A DNA stretch of 32,659 nt. Origin: a virus. Its lineage: Duplodnaviria; Caudoviricetes. How positions within the stretch are numbered: position 1 is the first letter of the stretch; each line of letters begins with the position of its first letter. The position numbers were made by a program, and so were the translations under genes. This document shows, piece by piece, positions 26,350 through 32,659 of this stretch. The stretch covers positions 1-32,659 of the IMG/VR virus record IMGVR_UViG_3300042894_002164. One strand, written 5' to 3'. Below the pieces are notes generated by a model, which was not told the DNA's origin, did not search any database, and worked only from the letters and a program-made list of their open reading frames with translations.

Positions 26350-27090
26350 ATGAGTAAAAATATTGTATTACTAACAAGTGCTTTATATACTAATTACGGT
26401 ATCTACAAAGCAAACGAGCGCATCCAACAGACATTAGATACTGCTAAAAGTGCTAAGAAGTATATTCCGGGTGCGGTGGTTATTCTAGTTGATAATAGTA
26501 AAGTTGATGTTCAAAATGAAGATAGTGCAGAATTTAATGAATTATTAGATACTGTGGATTGGTACATTGATAATAGTGATGATGCAGATATCCAATACTT
26601 CCATGCTAATGTTCAAAACTATGACATTGGTAAAAATGCCATGGAAGCCATGGGTTTATTTAAAGCACTTAACTATATTAATTCTACACCTGAATTAAAA
26701 GCTGAGATTGACTCTGCTGATAGAGTGTTTAAACTAAGTGGTCGTTACCAAGTTACTGATAAGTTTAATATTGATAACTTTCATAATGACAACACCAAAG
26801 GCAAGTATGTGTTTAAGAAAGCACAACCTGCTTGGATTAATCCGCAAGACACAGGTGTAACTACATTGTTACAAACTCGTCTGTGGTCATTTAGTCCAGA
26901 CTTATTAGATGCAACGATACAACTTTATCAACAAATCATTGGCAACATGATGGAAACGTTTAATAATCAAAAGTATATTGACAACGAGCACAGCATGAGC
27001 AAGTTCATTCCAAAAGATCGACTAGTTGAATTAGAAATTGTTGGCTTGCAAGGTAATATTGCGCCAAATGGAATGATGGTTATTGACTAA
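26350..27090 (+). CDS. Hypothetical protein, possibly glycosyltransferase-like
   Basis: ER..QTL.T..S, LVDNS, RVFKLSGRY and TRLWS; sits inside the sugar operon. Confidence 0.55.
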   Translation: MSKNIVLLTSALYTNYGIYKANERIQQTLDTAKSAKKYIPGAVVILVDNSKVDVQNEDSAEFNELLDTVDWYIDNSDDADIQYFHANVQNYDIGKNAMEAMGLFKALNYINSTPELKAEIDSADRVFKLSGRYQVTDKFNIDNFHNDNTKGKYVFKKAQPAWINPQDTGVTTLLQTRLWSFSPDLLDATIQLYQQIIGNMMETFNNQKYIDNEHSMSKFIPKDRLVELEIVGLQGNIAPNGMMVID

Positions 27091-28016
27091 TGAAAAATGT
27101 CTTAGTTATAGGCGGCAACGGATACGTTGGTTCTAGACTCAGACAAGTACTAGCACAGATCTACACAGTCGAAAGTGTAGATTGTTGCTGGTATAATTAC
27201 GATGAAGAGTCTCGCAGGCTAGACTATCATAAACTTACCGCAGACTATTTGGCAAAGTTTGATGCTGTAGTATTACTAGCCGGACATAGTAGTGTAGCAA
27301 GCTGTGTTGGTCCTATTCAAAGTCCGTGGTTAAACAACGTTACTAACTTTACTGACCTAGTGGCTAAATTAAGTTGGAAAGATATTCCTTTAATTTACGC
27401 TAGTTCAGCTAGTGTATACGGCAACAGCGTACCCGGGCAATTGTTTACTGAAGACAATCGTCAGTTTATTCCTGTAAACAATTATGACATTACCAAATAC
27501 ACCTTAGACTTAGAAGCTAAAGTTGCTATCACCAATGGGCAACCGGTAATCGGTCTACGATTTGGCACAGTAAATGGTTGGGCGCCTAACCTACGTGCTG
27601 ATGTTATGATTAATGCTATGTATGATGCGGCCAGAACACAAGGTAAGATTTCAGTAACTAACAAGCACATTAATCGTGCCTTACTGGGCATTGAAGATCT
27701 GTGCCGTGGCATCACGAGATGTATCGAACAGCCGATGAGTGGTATCTACAACATGGCTAGTTTCAATGCTACAGTTGACTATATTGCTACTACTGTGGCT
27801 AACGAACTAACTGTGCCTGTAGTTGATCGAGGTAAGACTGCTAATGCATACGACTTTGGACTAGACACTACATTGTTTGAACAAACATTTGGCTTTACAT
27901 TTACAGAAACTCCTAGTACAATAGTTACTAGTTTAACAGAAAGATACGCGGAGTCACACATTGAACGCCGCGATAATTACATGACATATCAATGGGAAAA
28001 AGAATATGATCGATAA
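27090..28016 (+). CDS. NAD-dependent epimerase/dehydratase (extended SDR)
   Basis: GGNGYVGS, YASSASVYG, YDITK (YxxxK), LRFGTVNG..PNLR.D. Confidence 0.88.
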   Translation: MKNVLVIGGNGYVGSRLRQVLAQIYTVESVDCCWYNYDEESRRLDYHKLTADYLAKFDAVVLLAGHSSVASCVGPIQSPWLNNVTNFTDLVAKLSWKDIPLIYASSASVYGNSVPGQLFTEDNRQFIPVNNYDITKYTLDLEAKVAITNGQPVIGLRFGTVNGWAPNLRADVMINAMYDAARTQGKISVTNKHINRALLGIEDLCRGITRCIEQPMSGIYNMASFNATVDYIATTVANELTVPVVDRGKTANAYDFGLDTTLFEQTFGFTFTETPSTIVTSLTERYAESHIERRDNYMTYQWEKEYDR

Positions 28017-29220
28017 TGCAAAAGAATTAACCGAATGCCTGTGTTGTGGTAGTAAGCAGTTAGCATTAACATTAGATTTAGGCACACAGCCAATGGCTAA
28101 TAGTTTTATTGAATCGCCCGATGAAAGTGAGCTCACTTTCCCATTGGTGCTTAATCGTTGTACAGAGTGTAGTCACTTACAATTAAGTCACGCAGTTGAT
28201 CCAGATTTGTTATTCCGTAACTACTTGTACGTGAGTGGTACTAGTCAAACACTTAAAGATTACTTTGATTGGTTTGCTAACTATTCATTTGGATTCTTTA
28301 GAGAGCAACCTAAATCAGTCTTAGACATTGCCTGTAATGACGGCACACAGTTAGATTCATTTAAGAAGTTTGGTTTAGCAACATATGGAGTTGATCCAGC
28401 TACTAATCTACATCCAATTAGCAGTGCCAACCACGAAGTTATCTTAGATTATTTTACAGCAGCTCACGTAGAAGGACTAAAAGCCAAGAACATTGATATC
28501 ATTAATGCGCAGAACGTGTTTGCACATAACAGCTATCCATTGGAGTTCTTAAAACAGTGTAAAGAAATTATGCACGACAACAGCGTATTGTTTATACAAA
28601 CTAGTCAAGCAGACATGGTTAAGAACAATGAGTTTGATACTATCTATCACGAACACTTAAGTTTCTTCTGTGCCAACAGTATGAACGAACTAGCAAAACG
28701 TGCTGGCTTAAACTTAATTGATATTACTAAAACACCTATCCATGGTAATAGCTATGTTTTTGTGTTTAGCAAACATCCAGCAACTGACGGAAAGGTGGAA
28801 GCTGTGTTGGCTGAAGAACGTGCGGCTGGACTACAAGACCCACAAACATACGTTGAGTATGCGCTTAAAGCACAGCAAGTGGTACAGGATCTTAAAGATA
28901 CTATTGTGGCATATCGTGCAGAAGGCTTTGTTATTGCTGGCTACGGTGCAGCCGCTAAAGGCATGACATTACTTAACTTTGGTAATATCACCTTAGACTT
29001 TATCATTGATGACAATCCAATGAAGCAAGGTCTTTTCAGTCCTGGCATGCATATTCCTGTGGTGTCAATTGACATGTTAGACGAATGTACAGATCTTAAT
29101 GTAGCATTTGTTCCGTTAGCCTGGAACTTCTTTGATGAAATTAAACGTAAGATTAAAACCAAACGTGATAATGCAGAAGATGTGTTTGTCCGCTACTTTC
29201 CAACAATCAAAGTAGAATAA
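28006..29220 (+). CDS. NDP-hexose C-methyltransferase
   Basis: Zn site CLCC...CTEC, DLG.QP.AN, YLYVSGTS, DIACNDG, FDTIYHEH, GYGAAAKG, IDDNP.KQG...PG, LAWNFFDEI. Confidence 0.9.
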   Translation: MIDNAKELTECLCCGSKQLALTLDLGTQPMANSFIESPDESELTFPLVLNRCTECSHLQLSHAVDPDLLFRNYLYVSGTSQTLKDYFDWFANYSFGFFREQPKSVLDIACNDGTQLDSFKKFGLATYGVDPATNLHPISSANHEVILDYFTAAHVEGLKAKNIDIINAQNVFAHNSYPLEFLKQCKEIMHDNSVLFIQTSQADMVKNNEFDTIYHEHLSFFCANSMNELAKRAGLNLIDITKTPIHGNSYVFVFSKHPATDGKVEAVLAEERAAGLQDPQTYVEYALKAQQVVQDLKDTIVAYRAEGFVIAGYGAAAKGMTLLNFGNITLDFIIDDNPMKQGLFSPGMHIPVVSIDMLDECTDLNVAFVPLAWNFFDEIKRKIKTKRDNAEDVFVRYFPTIKVE

Positions 29221-30014
29221 TGAAAACAGTAATATGCCACTTCTACAATGAGGAGTACATGTTACCGTGGTGGCTAAAACATCACAAACATATATTTGAT
29301 CACGGCATTATGATTGACTACAACAGTGAAGATCGTAGTCGTGATGTCATCCGTGAAATATGCCCTACATGGGATATACATATGAGTCAAAATTGGCATT
29401 TTGACAGCACTACCTGTGATGAAGAAGTAATGAAGTGGGAACGCACTATCGAAGGGTGGCGCATGGCACTTAATGTTACTGAATTCTTATACGGTAATAC
29501 TGATCATTTGCCCGACGATTCTGGATTTGCGCAACACTTCGTAGGTAACTATGTATTTGTAGACATGCAGAATAGACTACAAACTAACGAATTACCTGTG
29601 TTAGTATCCGATCGACCCTTACATGATCAGCGTAGTTGGGGCTATGATGAATTCCAAAACAAGGGGATTTCTAGAGCAGGCAATATGGCTAGGATGAATA
29701 GAAGTATTCATAACTATCCTGTGGACTATACCCCTGGTAGACATTTTGGTGATGGTCGCCCTAGATCATTTAATGATTTGGTTATATTCTACTACGGATG
29801 GGCCGATGCTAGTAAACCCGGAATTGCTCGTAAGATGCAGATACAGGAAAAAATGTCAGAAAATGATAAAAATCTAAATGCAGGTAATCACATAGGTACC
29901 AACGAAGACTATATAACTAGATTTGAAACTCAAAAACGCTTTGCTCGAGATCTACGTAGTGAGATTATTCCTATTTTAGATCATAATATTAGATGTACAG
30001 GACAACACTGGTAA
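29220..30014 (+). CDS. Glycosyltransferase family 2-like protein (paralog A)
   Basis: HFYNEEYMLPWW..HH...FDHG..IDY.S.DRS and Y.PGRH. Confidence 0.75.
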   Translation: MKTVICHFYNEEYMLPWWLKHHKHIFDHGIMIDYNSEDRSRDVIREICPTWDIHMSQNWHFDSTTCDEEVMKWERTIEGWRMALNVTEFLYGNTDHLPDDSGFAQHFVGNYVFVDMQNRLQTNELPVLVSDRPLHDQRSWGYDEFQNKGISRAGNMARMNRSIHNYPVDYTPGRHFGDGRPRSFNDLVIFYYGWADASKPGIARKMQIQEKMSENDKNLNAGNHIGTNEDYITRFETQKRFARDLRSEIIPILDHNIRCTGQHW

Positions 30015-30796
30015 TGAAGAAAACAATACTTTGTCATTTTTACAATGAAGAATACATGCTACCGTGGTTCCTCAATCACCACAAGCAGATCTTTGATCAT
30101 GGAGTTATGATAGACTATCATAGTACTGATCGTAGTGTAGAGATTATTCGAGAGATATGTCCTACGTGGGATATTGTTACTAGTCGAAATCCTAACTTCC
30201 AAGCAGACACAATTGACTACGAAGTTATGGATATTGAGAAGTCGATTGAGGGTTGGAAAATCTGTCTCAATGTAACCGAGCTAATGATTGGTGATTATAG
30301 TCTAATGAATGATAATCCCAATCAACAGTTACTATTGCCTAGTATGTTTTATGTAGATTGTGATAGAGAACGTAGGGTTGACACTAGCATTCCGCTGTAT
30401 AAGCAAAAAACAGACGGCTTTAGTTTTAAAGAGGGTTACACATTTAAAGGCAGATATACAGAGAACTTCCGCGAACGTCGAGCACGTAGTCTGCATAACA
30501 TGTCAGTACAGTATCCTGTACCCGGCCGCCATTACGAAGAATATACAACTAGCGAATTGGTTATATTCTACTACGGTTGGTGTCCATTTGACGACGGCGC
30601 ACTAGCACGTAAGCTACAGATACAAACACAAATCCCATGGGTTGATCGCCAACGTAATTGGGGATTTCACCATATAACAAATAAAGAAACACTTGAATAT
30701 AGATTAGAGCATGAATTTATTCCACGTTCAAGAAACATCAAGGAAGATACAGAATACTATGTCAACAAACACGAAAATTTTTCAAATCTACTTTAA
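30014..30796 (+). CDS. Glycosyltransferase family 2-like protein (paralog B)
   Basis: Same motifs as paralog A; start at the TAATG overlap at 30014. Confidence 0.75.
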   Translation: MKKTILCHFYNEEYMLPWFLNHHKQIFDHGVMIDYHSTDRSVEIIREICPTWDIVTSRNPNFQADTIDYEVMDIEKSIEGWKICLNVTELMIGDYSLMNDNPNQQLLLPSMFYVDCDRERRVDTSIPLYKQKTDGFSFKEGYTFKGRYTENFRERRARSLHNMSVQYPVPGRHYEEYTTSELVIFYYGWCPFDDGALARKLQIQTQIPWVDRQRNWGFHHITNKETLEYRLEHEFIPRSRNIKEDTEYYVNKHENFSNLL

Positions 30797-31595
30797 GCCA
30801 GAACTAGTTGCGCACTGCGACCCTGCGTTTACTCCTTTAGATAACACTAGCAACCCACGCCCTGAACTACGTGAGTGGGACGTGTGGGATCGTGAGCATG
30901 ATAACATTGTTGCTCAGAACTTAGATTACTGGGGTTATGTCAGTTGGAAGTTCAAAGAGAAAACTAATCTCACAGGCCAACAGGTTATGGACTTTATCAA
31001 TGCCAATCCAGGACACGATGTGTATCTATTCAATCCTTGTATAGTCAATGAAGCAGTATTTGCCAACAGCTGGGAACAAGGTGACATGCACCATCCTAAT
31101 ATTAGTGCTATAGGTAATAAGTTTTTAACCAAACTTGGCTATGAAGATGTTGATGTTAGAGGTATGTTGTTAGACCGTGATAAAACTGTATTTGCTAACT
31201 ACGTTGTGGGCAATCAGAAGTTCTGGGCGAAGTTTATGGAGTTTAGCCGTAAGCTGTTTACAGAAGCAGAAAACGATAGTATATTTAAAGATGAAGTATT
31301 TGGCGCTGGCCGTAGCAACTATGCACATGATCGTTCATTGCCTAATTTTACATTCTTAATCGAAAGATTAATTCCTACATTTTTAGAGTTAGAAGGGTTT
31401 GATAGCCTAGGATATACGTATAATCAATCAGAGGTAATTTTGCCTAAATATCAGCCATTTATTAACGATTTATTGGTACTAAGTGACCTAAAAAAGCTGG
31501 TAAACCGCTACGAAAGTGACGAATTATTTAACATCTGGAACTACAGCAGACAGCAGTTTTTACAGAGAAATCCAAACATTTTAGGGTTAGAGTAG
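30759..31595 (+). CDS. Hypothetical glycan-related protein (DUF4422-like)
   Basis: KIFQIYF, LDN..N....RE, YWGYVSWKF..K, NY.V....FW and FLIERL. Likely start ATG 30759. Confidence 0.55.
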   Translation: MSTNTKIFQIYFKPELVAHCDPAFTPLDNTSNPRPELREWDVWDREHDNIVAQNLDYWGYVSWKFKEKTNLTGQQVMDFINANPGHDVYLFNPCIVNEAVFANSWEQGDMHHPNISAIGNKFLTKLGYEDVDVRGMLLDRDKTVFANYVVGNQKFWAKFMEFSRKLFTEAENDSIFKDEVFGAGRSNYAHDRSLPNFTFLIERLIPTFLELEGFDSLGYTYNQSEVILPKYQPFINDLLVLSDLKKLVNRYESDELFNIWNYSRQQFLQRNPNILGLE

Positions 31596-31678
31596 TTATC
31601 TCTTTTACCTCCGGTAAAAGTACGTATAAAAAGTCAGTTTTCCTGGCATACATATAATACGTTCGGAGGATTCAATAG

Positions 31679-31933
31679 ATGACTAAATCTAAAGAAACTG
31701 AAATAGTAGTACCCAGCAGTGGTACAAGTTATTACTGTGCTGGTAGAAATTGTAGGGTAAGAGATGTATGTCACAGACACTCTTCAAGTTATTCGGTCAA
31801 TCAAGCACCGTTTGAAGATTATGATTTGGCAATGGTAAGAGATTTACCAAAGCCATGTAAATTTTACGTTAATCGCAATGATGCGACTGGCGTAATTTCA
31901 AAAATAGGTAATCCAAGTAAGACAAAACACTAA
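31679..31933 (+). CDS. Small Cys-rich hypothetical protein
   Basis: CAGRNCRVRDVCHRH...CKFY, a putative metal-binding pattern; SD GGAGG. Confidence 0.7.
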   Translation: MTKSKETEIVVPSSGTSYYCAGRNCRVRDVCHRHSSSYSVNQAPFEDYDLAMVRDLPKPCKFYVNRNDATGVISKIGNPSKTKH

Positions 31934-31947
31934 CAGGAGGGAAAGAT

Positions 31948-32526
31948 ATGAGAGCGTTCACGCCACTCAAAAGAATACTGACCTGGACAAATATGTCCAT
32001 AATGGTTATAACACTATCAATAGGTAATGTTCAAGCAAAAGAAAGACCAGTAGCACCTAAGGTTGATACTCAACTGATGTGTCTGGCAAAAAATGTTTAC
32101 TACGAAGCGGGATTAGAACCCCGCGACGGTATGGTAGCAGTGGCGCAGGTTACTCTTAATCGTACCGAAGATGGCAAGTTTCCTAAAACTGTCTGCGGAG
32201 TAGTAAATCAAAAAACTCGAGTAACTGTAGTACGTGAAAACAAACCCGCAGTTAAAACTATATGTCAATTTAGTTGGGTGTGTAATACACCAGCGCCAGT
32301 TAGGTTCGTCAGTGACCGGTGGCAGGCCAGTTTAGATGTAGCTAAAGAAGTTATGTACTCTGGGCTACGTCTAGAAAATGAAGCTATGGCAGAAGCACTA
32401 TACTTCCATAATACACATGTTCGCCCAAATTGGGGATTAGAACGTATTACACGTATCGGTGGTCATATCTTTTACAGCGATGACCCTGCTCCTCGCAAAA
32501 AGAACTTGACAACTGCTCAAAAATAG
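31948..32526 (+). CDS. Cell wall hydrolase (SleB/Hydrolase_2 family)
   Basis: N-terminal signal; CLAKNVYYEA..EP..G.VAVAQVTLNR...FPKTVCGVV.Q, CQFSW, ALYFH...V.P.W, IGGHIFY. Confidence 0.9.
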   Translation: MRAFTPLKRILTWTNMSIMVITLSIGNVQAKERPVAPKVDTQLMCLAKNVYYEAGLEPRDGMVAVAQVTLNRTEDGKFPKTVCGVVNQKTRVTVVRENKPAVKTICQFSWVCNTPAPVRFVSDRWQASLDVAKEVMYSGLRLENEAMAEALYFHNTHVRPNWGLERITRIGGHIFYSDDPAPRKKNLTTAQK

Positions 32527-32551
32527 TCTATACTAAGTGTTTTAATAAATA
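32506..32551 (+). promoter_or_regulatory. Sigma70 promoter plus late motif
   Basis: TTGACA(32506)-17 bp-TATACT(32529); AATAAATA at 32544-32551. Confidence 0.75.
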
Positions 32552-32597
32552 CAGCAACGGTGCCAAAAGTGCCGTTGCATATTTAAAGGGACATACA

Positions 32598-32659
32598 ATG
32601 TCGAATACTACAGATTTACAAACACAACAAACTCTTAAAGAGCAACATTTACCAACTAC
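32598..32659 (+). CDS. 5' end of a CDS running off the window
   Basis: SD AAGGGA, then ATG MSNTTDLQTQQTLKEQHLPT... open to the edge. Confidence 0.55.
   Translation, partial: MSNTTDLQTQQTLKEQHLPT

Noticed and set aside
6607-30758. Longest-ORF starts at 6607, 14803, 24760, 25297, 29993 and 30711
   Set aside because: Downstream ATGs (6670, 14815, 24793, 25309, 30014, 30759) fit SD position, stop/start coupling or family N-termini better.
151-31132. All minus-strand ORFs in the track (e.g. 151..405, 1549..1821, 3775..4011, 22419..22748)
   Set aside because: They are short antisense shadows of well-supported + strand genes and show no recognisable motifs.
1089-31359. Nested + strand alternative-frame ORFs (1089, 3639, 14578, 28718, 30360, 31177)
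   Set aside because: Each lies wholly inside a larger gene and has no convincing SD or motif.
1-32659. CRISPR array, tRNAs, introns/inteins, transposases, stop-codon recoding
   Set aside because: I saw no repeat-spacer periodicity or tRNA by eye. Core genes are of normal length and uninterrupted, and TAA, TAG and TGA all end genes at coupled junctions.
1-32659. Bacterial chromosome origin, suggested by ahcY, pstS, rpoZ, rfbB and porins
   Set aside because: The T4-like terminase, gp32, UvsX, UvsY, late promoters and single-strand packing indicate a phage. pstS lacks pstCAB and rpoZ lacks its usual gmk/spoT neighbours.

Overview
A 32.7-kb, gene-dense, AT-rich segment in which every credible gene lies on the + strand. 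It is best explained as part of a large T4-like (possibly jumbo) myophage genome using the standard genetic code. From left to right it contains: the terminase large subunit C-terminus; a 750-aa putative head/core protein; gp32-type SSB; UvsX and UvsY interleaved with radical SAM, methyltransferase and nucleotidyltransferase genes; a phage-encoded RNA polymerase omega subunit (rpoZ) on its own sigma70 promoter; a late-promoter operon with a structured leader (TauD-like dioxygenase, desaturase, B12 radical SAM, DUF2061-like protein, flavodoxin-like reductase, then ahcY); a general porin; a Pho-box-preceded phosphate-scavenging operon (pstS, OprO/P-like porin, a microprotein, a PlcP-like phospholipase); an NDP-sugar/C-methyltransferase/glycosyltransferase cluster; and a SleB-like cell wall hydrolase. 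Sigma70-type promoters (TTGACN-17-TANNNT), T4-late-like TAAATA motifs and intrinsic terminators mark out the transcription units. The porins suggest a betaproteobacterial host, possibly Methylophilaceae (inference). All family calls come from motif recognition by eye; no database search was run.
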